From Thermoanaerobaculia bacterium (GTDB taxonomy: Bacteria; Acidobacteriota; Thermoanaerobaculia; Gp7-AA8): a DNA stretch of 64,000 nt. The stretch's first letter is position 1. Every line of letters begins with the position of its first letter. Below the pieces are notes generated by a model that saw only the letters and a program-made list of their open reading frames with translations, did not search any database and had not been told where the DNA came from. A program made the translations under genes and the position numbers. The DNA lies in contig OY970380.1 of NCBI GenBank assembly GCA_963719365.1, positions 3,005,885 through 3,069,884 of the forward strand, in the 5' to 3' direction. Positions 56,620 to 64,000 of this stretch are shown piece after piece.

Positions 56620-58089
56620 ATGGCCGGAATCCGGCGCGAGGGAGAGCGTCGCGCGAAACTGAAAACGAGGTTTGCCAACGCCCGCAAGGTCGTCTGGTCG
56701 TGGCTGACCGACCCGGCGGTGCTGCTGTACCGCCGTGAAGCGCACGGCCGGAAGCGGGCGCGCGTTACGACGGTCGAGTTTTTTCTCTTCCTTCGCGAGG
56801 TGACGCGGGAGTTTTACGACATCGAGGGAGCCTCGCGCGCAGCCGCGCTCGCGTACACGACGCTCTTGTCGCTCATCCCGCTGCTCGTCGCCTTCACGAC
56901 CACCTTGCAGCGCTACTTCCGCAGCGTCTTCCCCAATTTCCAGTCGCAGATCGACAACATCCTCAACAACATCATCCCGTACCAGTCGCCGGTGATCTCG
57001 TATCACATCGCCAAATTCGCGGAGACGGCGCAGGCGGCATCGACGTTCGGCGTGATCATCTTCATTGTCATCACCTTCCGCCTTTTCCTGGCTGTCGAGA
57101 CGACGGTGAATCAGATCTGGAAGGTGCGAAACATTCGCGGCTACCGCCAGAAAATCATCGCGTTCACGATGCTCTTTTTCTGGGGACCAGTGCTGATGGG
57201 CATCTCGTTCACGACGACGAACACGCTGGAGAAGAACCGCTATCTGCGCGTGCTGTTCCGCCAGGACATCATTTTTCACATCGCGCCGATCGTCGTGCTC
57301 TTCATCGCGTTCACGATGCTCTTCTGGCTCGTGCCGTCGACGCGCGTGCGCTTTGCCGCAGCCGCCGTCGGTGCGATCGTGACGACGTCGCTCTTCACGC
57401 TGGTCCGTTTCGGCTTCGGCATCTACGCCGATCATCTGTTCCACGGCCGGTTCAATCTGATCTACGGCGCGCTGGGGTTGGCGATCATCTTCCTGATCGC
57501 GATCGACATTCTCTGGATCGTCATCCTCCTCGGCGTCGAGATCAGCTACGTCTACCAGAACCTCTACGGACTGTTGCGGGCCAACGAGCAGCAGGTGCAG
57601 GACGAGCCGCGGTTCGATCTCTACTTCGCGCTGCGCGCTCTGATCGAGATCTCGCGGCGTTTCGACCGCCGCGAGGAAGCGCCGTCTTCGTACCGGCTGG
57701 CGGAGCAGTTCGGCACGACCGACTCGCAGATGCTCCGCGTCCTGCGCCGCCTCGGCGAAGTGCAATTGGTCAAAGAGACTGGAGGAGATTGGGCCGGCTT
57801 CGTTCCCGGCTGCGATCCGGACCGCATCACCGTCGAAGAGATCGTGGCGCAGGTCGAAGGACCTCGGCGCGAGATGCCAGAGATTCAGGCGGAAACGCCC
57901 GAGCGCGCTGCAATCGGCGATCTCTTCGCCCGCCTCGGCACCTGCTTCAGCAACGCCCTCGATCACAAGACGATCGGGCAGCTCGTGCGCGAACTGTATG
58001 GCCAGCGAGCGCCGTCGCGCCTGCACGATGAGCGGGCGGAGGACGAAGAGCAGGGATCGGAGACGAGCGATCAGGACACACCGGTCTGA
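56620..58089 (+). CDS. YihY/BrkB family membrane protein with a C-terminal winged-helix-like extension
   Basis: 489 aa. The core AAALAYTTLLSLIPLLV...YGALGLAIIFLIAIDILWIVILLGVEISY is YihY-like. A ~170-aa soluble C-terminal region follows. Confidence 0.8.
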   Translation: MAGIRREGERRAKLKTRFANARKVVWSWLTDPAVLLYRREAHGRKRARVTTVEFFLFLREVTREFYDIEGASRAAALAYTTLLSLIPLLVAFTTTLQRYFRSVFPNFQSQIDNILNNIIPYQSPVISYHIAKFAETAQAASTFGVIIFIVITFRLFLAVETTVNQIWKVRNIRGYRQKIIAFTMLFFWGPVLMGISFTTTNTLEKNRYLRVLFRQDIIFHIAPIVVLFIAFTMLFWLVPSTRVRFAAAAVGAIVTTSLFTLVRFGFGIYADHLFHGRFNLIYGALGLAIIFLIAIDILWIVILLGVEISYVYQNLYGLLRANEQQVQDEPRFDLYFALRALIEISRRFDRREEAPSSYRLAEQFGTTDSQMLRVLRRLGEVQLVKETGGDWAGFVPGCDPDRITVEEIVAQVEGPRREMPEIQAETPERAAIGDLFARLGTCFSNALDHKTIGQLVRELYGQRAPSRLHDERAEDEEQGSETSDQDTPV

Positions 58090-58195
58090 TCTCCGTTTCT
58101 GCGATCGGCCCGTGACGGGAGATGAGATCAGAAGACTAGCGATCAGGGTATGCCGGTCCGGGCGCTGAATCTCTGACTCTTGTCTCCGCGTTTCG

Positions 58196-58284
58196 CCAGA
58201 TTGCGGGGTCTCCGGCGTCGTTCTGTCACCCGCTGAAGCGGGCTGCGAAATTTGGGGGCGTCCGTTTTCCCCCGCCTGAAGGCG
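58196..58284. repeat. left arm of a ~90-bp inverted repeat (chain of GC hairpins with TGAA loops)
   Basis: Its reverse complement aligns at about 85% with 60029-60118. It contains cccgcTGAAgcggg and ccgccTGAAggcgg hairpins. Confidence 0.8.
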
Positions 58285-59693
58285 CAATGGCCTTAACTTA
58301 AGCGATTATTGATAGGAATCGCTGTTGGGGGGGTGTGATGGGGACTGGGCGAGGCGTGAGGATCGATCTTGACGCGTTGATGGCGTTTCCTCTGGAAGAG
58401 ATCGAGCGGATCCTGGAGGCAACTGGACGAGGCAGCCAGCGCAGGAGGAAGTTGCCGGCGCATGTGATGGTGTACTACGTCATCGCGCTTGGTCTGCTGG
58501 CGAGTGTCGGAGCACGTGAGGTATTGCGGCGCGTTCTCCACCGGGAAGAACAAGAATTTACGTTCACGGTGGCGACGGATGCGGCCATCAGCAAGGCGCG
58601 GCAACGGTTGGGCTGGACTCCACTGAAGGCGCTGTTTGAGCAGTACGTTCGGCCGATTGCGACGCGAACGATGTCGTGGGCCTGGTTCAAAGGCCGCCGG
58701 CTGGTGGCGCTGGACGGAAGCACACTGAACGTCGTCGATAGCCGGGCCAACGTTCGAGCGTTCGGCAAACCGCCATCTTCGAAGGGGCAAACGGTCTTCG
58801 CGCAGATACGCTGGGTCGCGCTCGCCGAGATCGGAACGCACGTGCTGTTCGCCGCGCGAATGGCTGGCTGGAGAGTCAGCGAGTATGCAATGAGTCTCCA
58901 TTTGGTGAGCTATCTCAAACCAGGGATGCTTTGCCTGGCAGACCGTCTGTTTTATGGATTCGAGATGTGGAGCAAAGCAGTAGGAACAGGGGCGGATCTT
59001 CTCTGGCGTGTCCAGAAAAACATCCCCCTGCCACGTCTGCGTACACTCAAAGATCGTTCGTACCTAAGCGAGGTGCGGCCGCGAAGCACGGAAAGGAAAA
59101 AGGTCCGCGAGCGGTCGATTCCAGTCCGAGTCGTGGAATTCGATGTAACGGTTGGCGGACGCCGGGAACACTACCGATTGATCACCACTCTGCTCGATCC
59201 CCGGCAGGCCTCAGCGATGGAGCTTGCCCAGCTCTATGCAAAACGCTGGAAAATCGAAACCATCTTCGATGAGATGAAAGACCATCGGCGTGGAGGAGGT
59301 ACCGCCGTCGCACTTCGTAGCAAGCGGCCGGATCTTGTGCGGCAGGACTTCTACGGCCTGCTGCTTGCGCACTTCGGGGTTCGTTCATTGATGGTCGAAG
59401 CGGCCCAGGAAGCGGATGTCGAACCAGGTTGCATCTCGTTTACTCACGCCTTGACGGTCGTGATCCGGCGGCTCCCGGAAATGGTTTCTTTTCCCCCCTC
59501 AATCCAAGCGGCGCTGCCATAGATCTGCAGTCATCGAAATCAGTGGTCTCCTCATTCGACAGCGGCCCAATCGACACGTTCCGCGCGGAGTTCGAGCCCG
59601 ATCCCCGAGCCGCTATCCAATCCTCACAAAACTCCGCCGCCGCCGGAACTCTTTCACCGAGGAGCCCAAGATCACCTTAAGTTAAGGCCATTG
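58285..59693 (+). mobile_element. IS4-family insertion sequence (1409 bp)
   Basis: Perfect 18-bp terminal inverted repeats CAATGGCCTTAACTTAAG lie at 58285-58302 and 59676-59693. They are flanked by the 11-bp direct repeat GCCTGAAGGCG (58274-58284 and 59694-59704). Confidence 0.9.
58338..59522 (+). CDS. IS4-family DDE transposase, 3' end frameshifted
   Basis: N-terminal IS4-type domain, DDE residues (LVALDGS, LCLADR) and a Y-2-R-3-E-6-K signature (YAKRWKIETIFDEMK). The conserved-looking C-terminus (...EISGLLIRQRPNRHVPRGVRARSPSRYP...) continues in the +1 frame after a C6 run at 59493-59498. It stops at 59683-59685, inside the right inverted repeat. Confidence 0.85.
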   Translation: MGTGRGVRIDLDALMAFPLEEIERILEATGRGSQRRRKLPAHVMVYYVIALGLLASVGAREVLRRVLHREEQEFTFTVATDAAISKARQRLGWTPLKALFEQYVRPIATRTMSWAWFKGRRLVALDGSTLNVVDSRANVRAFGKPPSSKGQTVFAQIRWVALAEIGTHVLFAARMAGWRVSEYAMSLHLVSYLKPGMLCLADRLFYGFEMWSKAVGTGADLLWRVQKNIPLPRLRTLKDRSYLSEVRPRSTERKKVRERSIPVRVVEFDVTVGGRREHYRLITTLLDPRQASAMELAQLYAKRWKIETIFDEMKDHRRGGGTAVALRSKRPDLVRQDFYGLLLAHFGVRSLMVEAAQEADVEPGCISFTHALTVVIRRLPEMVSFPPSIQAALP

Positions 59694-59749
59694 GCCTGAA
59701 GGCGGGGGCTACGGATCTCACGCGGGCTCCGCCGGCTCTTCACTTGCAA

Positions 59750-59876
59750 TCTCGGATCTCTCGGATCTTTTGATTCTGATCTCCCGATCTTCTGATTCCG
59801 AACTCCCGGTCTTCTGCTTCTGATCTCCCGGTCGATTCTGATCTGCCGGTCTTCTGCTTCTGATCGGTCGGCTGAT
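59750..59876. repeat. tandem heptad array (TCTGATC/TCCCGGT-type units)
   Basis: The region has 7-nt periodicity throughout. The perfect 20-nt direct repeat ccggtcttctgcttctgatc occurs at 59806-59825 and 59846-59865. Confidence 0.75.
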
Positions 59877-60028
59877 TTTTTTACTCACTGTTCGTGATCG
59901 TCCGATTTCGAATTTCGAAAAATGCGCCCTCATTGCCGAGCACGAAGGATGCTCACGACGAGGCGATTAATGGCTACCAGGGCGGTGAAGTCCGTAGGAC
60001 GTGAGATCCGTAGCCCCCGCCTTCAGGC

Positions 60029-60118
60029 CGCCTTCAGGCGGGGGAAAACGAACGCCCCCAAATTCTCGCAGCCCGCTTCAGCGGGCGGCAGAGCGACGTC
60101 AGCCGGAGACCTCGCAAA
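60029..60118. repeat. right arm of the ~90-bp inverted repeat
   Basis: It pairs with 58196-58284. It is preceded by 60001-60028, a perfect 28-bp inverted copy of 59694-59721. Confidence 0.8.
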
Positions 60119-60145
60119 TCACGCCCACGATCGGGAGATCCGAAA

Positions 60146-61012
60146 TCAGAAAACGCGCGTCTGATCTCTTGTCTCTGCCTCTTCCTTGTCTCTGCTTCCT
60201 CGCACCCGCCGGATTCTTCGCAACGTCTCGTAGGCGACTGTCGTTGTCGTCACCCAAACCGTTCCGGCGGTGATGCCGGCGAGGACGTCGGAGATCCAGT
60301 GGACGCCGAGGTAGACGCGGGAGAGGGCGATGGCGGTGATGAGCGTGTAGAGGAACGCCATCACCGCCGTTTTCGCGGGCCAGCTCCGAATCGCGCGGAA
60401 CGCGAGGTAGGCCAGCGCGCCGAATGCCACCGCCGAGCCCATGGCGTGGCCGCTCGGAAACGAATAGCCGTTCGCGCGGCGCAGCATCTCCGCCACGGCG
60501 GGGCGGGCGCGGGCGAAATAGCGTTTCAGCTCGAGGTTCAGCAGACCGCCACCGCCCGCGGTGACGGCGAGGTAGATCAGCCAGCGCCACCGTCGAAGAA
60601 TTGCCAGGATCGCCGCGACGATCGCGACGATCATAGCAACGCTGACCGGCCCGCCGATGATCGTCATGAGCGTGAAGAACGTCGTCGCAGCAGGTGATCG
60701 CTCGGTGACACTCCAGTCGTGGATCACCGCGTCGGTCTGCACGAGCGCGGCATTTTTCGCGCGCACGTTTTCGGCGAGGTCGAGGAAGCCGTCGCCGGCC
60801 CACGCCGCGAGCAGCGCACCGGCCAGGAGAATCGCCGCCACCGGGATGTAGTTCTTGAATCGATCGCGCGTTCTCGAAATGAAGCCTGTCGCCCAGGCGC
60901 TGCGTGCGATGAGCCGGGCAAGCACCTGTCCGAGATGCCTCACCGCAGGAAGCGTGGCGTAGACGACCGCCCAGAGAACGAGAAAAACCGCTGCAAAGAT
61001 GAAGAACAACAT
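60146..61012 (-). CDS. PAP2-family phosphatase (membrane)
   Basis: 288 aa with PAP2 motifs KRYFARARP, SFPSGH and SRVYLGVHWISD. The last ~18 codons are encoded by repeat-derived sequence. Confidence 0.85.
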   Translation of the reverse strand: MLFFIFAAVFLVLWAVVYATLPAVRHLGQVLARLIARSAWATGFISRTRDRFKNYIPVAAILLAGALLAAWAGDGFLDLAENVRAKNAALVQTDAVIHDWSVTERSPAATTFFTLMTIIGGPVSVAMIVAIVAAILAILRRWRWLIYLAVTAGGGGLLNLELKRYFARARPAVAEMLRRANGYSFPSGHAMGSAVAFGALAYLAFRAIRSWPAKTAVMAFLYTLITAIALSRVYLGVHWISDVLAGITAGTVWVTTTTVAYETLRRIRRVRGSRDKEEAETRDQTRVF

Positions 61013-61145
61013 TCAGCGCGACCTGAGCATAGACGATGCCCGTCGTGCCTGGACGTCGCGGTTCGGGAAACCCGACTCCCGACCGAGTCCGAAATCCTCG
61101 GACCCTCTTGGACGTTCCATCCTGCACTGCCGTACCTGTGTGACG

Positions 61146-61766
61146 ATGCTCGCGGAAGTACTCCGAATGATCCCGACAAACGACTCTCCGGAGCCAGACG
61201 ACCGCCAGTTGGTCGAGCAGATCCGGCACGGCGACGATGGCGCGTTCGAGACGCTCGTCCGCCGCAAGACTTCCAAGGTCTACGGCCTTTGCTACCGCGT
61301 CATCGGCAACAGCGAAGACGCCAAAGACATCTCGCAGCTCGTCTTCATCAAGCTGTGGGAGAACCTCGAAAAGTACGACGCCCAATACGCCTTCGACACC
61401 TGGCTCTATCGCATGGTAACCAACGTCGCCATCGACTTCATGCGCAACAAACAGTCGCGCGACAACGCCGTCAACTCGACGTTGCGCCTCGTCAAGACGG
61501 CGGTCGATCCGGAGCAGACAGTGACCGTGCAGCGCAAGGAAGTCGAGGCGGTTTTCAACGCCGTTTCGGACGTTCTCTCGCCCAAGCAGAAAACAATTTT
61601 CGTCATGAGCGAGATGGAAGACCTTCGCTCCTCCGAGATCGCCAAGATCCTCGGGTGCCAGGAGTCCACCGTCCGCAATCACCTCTTCAACGCCCGCAAG
61701 GTGATGCAGCAGCAGTTGAAACGCCGCTTCCCTGAATACGCGCGGCTGTGGGAGGAATCGCGATGA
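61146..61766 (+). CDS. ECF-type RNA polymerase sigma-70 factor
   Basis: Region 2 (FETLVRRKTSKVYGLCYRVIGNSEDAKDISQLVFIKLW...WLYRMVTNVAIDFMR) and region 4 (LSPKQKTIFVMSEMEDLRSSEIAKILGCQESTVRNHLFNARK) are present. The start is ATG 61146 or 61167. Confidence 0.85.
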   Translation: MLAEVLRMIPTNDSPEPDDRQLVEQIRHGDDGAFETLVRRKTSKVYGLCYRVIGNSEDAKDISQLVFIKLWENLEKYDAQYAFDTWLYRMVTNVAIDFMRNKQSRDNAVNSTLRLVKTAVDPEQTVTVQRKEVEAVFNAVSDVLSPKQKTIFVMSEMEDLRSSEIAKILGCQESTVRNHLFNARKVMQQQLKRRFPEYARLWEESR

Positions 61767-62287
61767 TGACCTGCCGGACCTTCCGCGAAAAACTCCAGCC
61801 CGGAACGACCGAGCCGGAGTTGCTCGAGCATCTTCGTCATTGCGATGCCTGTCTCGACTTCGCGATGAGCGTCGATCCCGATCTCTTCTTCCGCGCGATC
61901 GGCGGCGAAGAAATCGTTCCGCCCGGCGGCGTCGATGCCTTCGTCGGCGACGTGATGTCGCAGGTTCGCGTGCGCCAGGCGGAAACCTCGCTCGCACCGC
62001 ATCGCACGGTCAGCGTGTGGCAGCGGCTCGCCATCGCCGCAACGATCGCGGCCGGTGTCACCGCCGCGACGCTCGCCTATCGCTTCGAGCATCGCCCGGT
62101 CACGCATCCGGCGAGCCCGATCGTTGTCGCTGCGAACGCGCCGGCCACTCATTTCGCCCCGACCGCGACGAAATCGTTCGTCGAATCGTATTCATCCCAT
62201 GACGCGACGATTGTCGAGATGCCGGCCGACGGCAGCGACACCAAAGTCGTGATGATCTTCGACGATAAGCTGCCGGCGGATTTATGA
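61763..62287 (+). CDS. putative anti-sigma factor (zf-HC2 type)
   Basis: The ATG overlaps the sigma factor stop (ATGA). The N-terminus MMTCRTFREKL...HLRHCDACLDF contains an H-x3-C-x2-C motif, followed by one TM segment (RLAIAATIAAGVTAATLAY). Confidence 0.7.
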   Translation: MMTCRTFREKLQPGTTEPELLEHLRHCDACLDFAMSVDPDLFFRAIGGEEIVPPGGVDAFVGDVMSQVRVRQAETSLAPHRTVSVWQRLAIAATIAAGVTAATLAYRFEHRPVTHPASPIVVAANAPATHFAPTATKSFVESYSSHDATIVEMPADGSDTKVVMIFDDKLPADL

Positions 62288-62991
62288 ACTTCAAACGTGT
62301 CTTTCTGATGATCTCGATGACGCTGGCCCTCTGCGGTGCGGCGCTTGCCGAAACTGTAGGCGAGCCTGCCGCGGCAACGGATGCCAAGCCGGCGCTGTCC
62401 GTGCGCTCGTTTACGTTCAAGTTCAAGCAGGCCGACAAAGCTGCCGCCGCGATTAAGCCGCTTCTGAGCGCCGAGGGGTCGATGTCGATCCAGCCGTCGG
62501 CGAATGCGCTTGTTGTCACTGACCACGCCGAGAACATGAAAGCCGTCGCCAAAATGATCGGCGACTTCGACAAAGAGCCGCAGAGTTTTCGTCTTTACGT
62601 CCGCATCGTCGGCGCCTCGCGCGTCGAAGGGGCGGCGAAGATTCCTGACGATCTCAAAGATGTCGCCCGCAAGCTGTCCATGCTTCCGTACAACACGTAC
62701 GAGGCTGTCGGCGAAGCGACCGTGCAGGGAAAAGAAGGCGATCCGGGACTCATCGACATGCCCAGCGGCTACCGGGCCGGCTTCCACTTCGGCGAATACG
62801 ATCCGGCGAGCGATTCGATCGCGGTCAAAGACCTGCAGATCTCGAAACTCACCGGCGCACAAAAGGATCAGTTGACGTCGCTGCTCAAGACCTCGCTGAA
62901 CCTGACCATTGGCCAGACTTACATTCTCGGCGCATCGAAGGCTCCGCAAAGCCAGCGTGCGCTGATGATCGTCCTCGTCGCTCGACGGTAG
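62284..62991 (+). CDS. secreted protein of unknown function (secretin-N/NolW-like fold suspected)
   Basis: 235 aa with a signal peptide. Its start overlaps the anti-sigma stop (ATGA). Confidence 0.55.
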   Translation: MNFKRVFLMISMTLALCGAALAETVGEPAAATDAKPALSVRSFTFKFKQADKAAAAIKPLLSAEGSMSIQPSANALVVTDHAENMKAVAKMIGDFDKEPQSFRLYVRIVGASRVEGAAKIPDDLKDVARKLSMLPYNTYEAVGEATVQGKEGDPGLIDMPSGYRAGFHFGEYDPASDSIAVKDLQISKLTGAQKDQLTSLLKTSLNLTIGQTYILGASKAPQSQRALMIVLVARR

Positions 62992-63015
62992 AGCGGCGTC
63001 CTCTCCTACGCATCC

Positions 63016-63054
63016 GGGCGCGGCGGATTCACCCTCCTGCCGCGCCCTTTTTTT
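63016..63054 (+). terminator. Rho-independent terminator
   Basis: A 9-bp GC stem GGGCGCGGC/GCCGCGCCC with a 14-nt loop is followed by T7. Confidence 0.75.
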
Positions 63055-63065
63055 AGTGGCCTCGT

Positions 63066-63155
63066 AGTGGATTAGTAGATCAGTGGATTCGTCGATCAGG
63101 AGTACAAGCCCTGCGGATTGACCGATCCACGAATCGACTAATCTACTAATCCACT
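63066..63155. repeat. heptad-periodic palindromic element (GTGGATT/AGTAGAT units)
   Basis: A perfect 15-bp outer stem pairs agtggattagtagat (63066-63080) with 63141-63155. The inner arms are related but have shuffled heptads. Confidence 0.8.
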
Positions 63156-63194
63156 CTGCTATCCTTCGCCCAATTCGTTCATCGGAGGATTTCC

Positions 63195-64000
63195 ATGCGC
63201 AGATTCCTTTTTCTGGTCGCGGTTTGTACGCTGATCGCGCTTCCGCTTGCCGCACAGAACACCGACATCGAATCGCTCTCCGGATTGCAGTTCAACTTCG
63301 GCAATCCGGGCGCGCGGTCGCTGGGGATGGGCGGCGCGTTTCTCGGTCTCGCTGACGACGCCTCCGCAGCGGAAGCCAATCCGGCCGGGCTGACCATTCT
63401 TCGGAAGCCCGAGATCACGATTGAAGGCCGCAACTACCAGGAGCAGCAGGTCTTCACGACCAGCGGTACGTTCCCTGATCTCGTCCGCACAGGTTTCAGC
63501 CATTACAGCCAGCGCGTCGACGCCACCTTCGCCAGCATCGTTTATCCGACGAAATACCTCACCTTCGGCGCTTACTATCACGAGCCGTTGCGCAACGAAG
63601 GAGTAGGACAGGTCGTCCCCGTTCGGAACGATTTCACGGGCGAGATCAAGTCTGACGTCCCCAACTTTTTCCTGCCGGTCGACAACAACGGAAACGCCAC
63701 CGGGGGTCCGATTACGGCCGCCGCCTGCCAGGCACTGCGCAACACGAATCCGTTCGCCTGCCTCGAGTACACGGTCCTGCCGTTTCTCAGTTCGGTAAAG
63801 ATTCAGGAGAAGACGTTCGGCCTCGCCGTCGCCTACAAGATCGGCAAGTTCTCCATCGGCGCAACGGCACGCTCCCAGCGGTTCAACGAGACCGCGTTCA
63901 CGTACCGCGTCACACCGACGGGCGACTTTTCCAGCATCTCGGTGCAAGCCACGAGCGACATCCGCAAGAACAACGACGTGGCCAGGGATGAGAGCGACAT
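63195..64000 (+). CDS. outer-membrane beta-barrel protein (FadL/PorV-like N-terminal motif), partial
   Basis: Absent from the ORF track because it runs off the window end. GGAGGA lies 5 nt upstream of the ATG. My translation is MRRFLFLVAVCTLIALPLAAQ (signal peptide), then GNPGARSLGMGGAFLGLADDASAAEANPAGL, and stays open to position 64000. Confidence 0.65.
   Translation, partial: MRRFLFLVAVCTLIALPLAAQNTDIESLSGLQFNFGNPGARSLGMGGAFLGLADDASAAEANPAGLTILRKPEITIEGRNYQEQQVFTTSGTFPDLVRTGFSHYSQRVDATFASIVYPTKYLTFGAYYHEPLRNEGVGQVVPVRNDFTGEIKSDVPNFFLPVDNNGNATGGPITAAACQALRNTNPFACLEYTVLPFLSSVKIQEKTFGLAVAYKIGKFSIGATARSQRFNETAFTYRVTPTGDFSSISVQATSDIRKNNDVARDESD

Noticed and set aside
56560-58287. 848-aa ORF extending the MEMO-family gene upstream
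   Set aside because: The extension is antisense to the YihY-family gene and is compositionally aberrant (Arg/Asp/Glu-rich). MEMO homology begins at MAIRQPAVAGTFY (ATG at 56559).
59718-60164. Small ORFs 59718-59933(-) and 59922-60164(+) in the repeat core
   Set aside because: Their translations are dominated by repeat-derived low-complexity peptides (SERSEI, RSRRPADQNRPGDQKQK). There is no RBS and no coding-like composition.
7792-63155. CRISPR array interpretation of the short repeats
   Set aside because: The units are 7-9 nt and directly abutting, with no unique spacers of 25-40 nt. The arrays are palindromic, and no cas genes are present in the window.

Overview
This is a 64 kb high-GC bacterial chromosomal segment. 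Most genes are roughly 65-70% GC by eye, with several clearly lower-GC patches. The protein repertoire suggests an Acidobacteriota-like soil bacterium: a choice-of-anchor-Q beta-helix protein, a Reg_prop/Y_Y_Y hybrid histidine kinase, a PMT_2+DUF4214 membrane protein and a DUF4097 protein. That placement is inference only. I support about 60 protein genes and saw no rRNA, tRNA or CRISPR array.

The main blocks, in window order:
- 1-6160 (-): a seven-gene, translationally coupled operon centred on PspA. It also holds an ABC importer whose binding protein is fused to an OmpA domain, and ends in an AAA+-like gene.
- 6224-7709: a multiply frameshifted mmsA-type aldehyde dehydrogenase.
- 12303-16691: the glycine cleavage operon gcvT-H-PA-PB.
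- 19658-27572: a purine/ureide catabolic operon (MarR, XdhB, allantoinase, an allantoicase-OHCU decarboxylase fusion, HIU hydrolase). A low-GC TcmP + Gp37/Gp68 (DUF5131) gene pair interrupts it.
- 30156-35925: a PP2C phosphatase and a 1534-aa hybrid kinase.
- 40207-41134: a Panacea-domain antitoxin with an unrecognised partner.
- 42744-45179: dnaB carrying a class-3-like intein with a LAGLIDADG domain.
- 45228-49650: an NfeD/SPFH pair split by a low-GC island.
- 50296-53662: a cluster of DUF5684, kinase, DUF2752 and zinc-ribbon membrane proteins.
- Also present: glgA, an IS4-family element and an ECF sigma/anti-sigma cluster.

The most unusual signal is non-genic. At least ten loci, one of them in-frame inside a CDS, carry imperfect palindromes whose arms are short tandem arrays with a period of 7-9 nt. 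The unit sequence differs from locus to locus. I cannot place this architecture in any repeat family I know.
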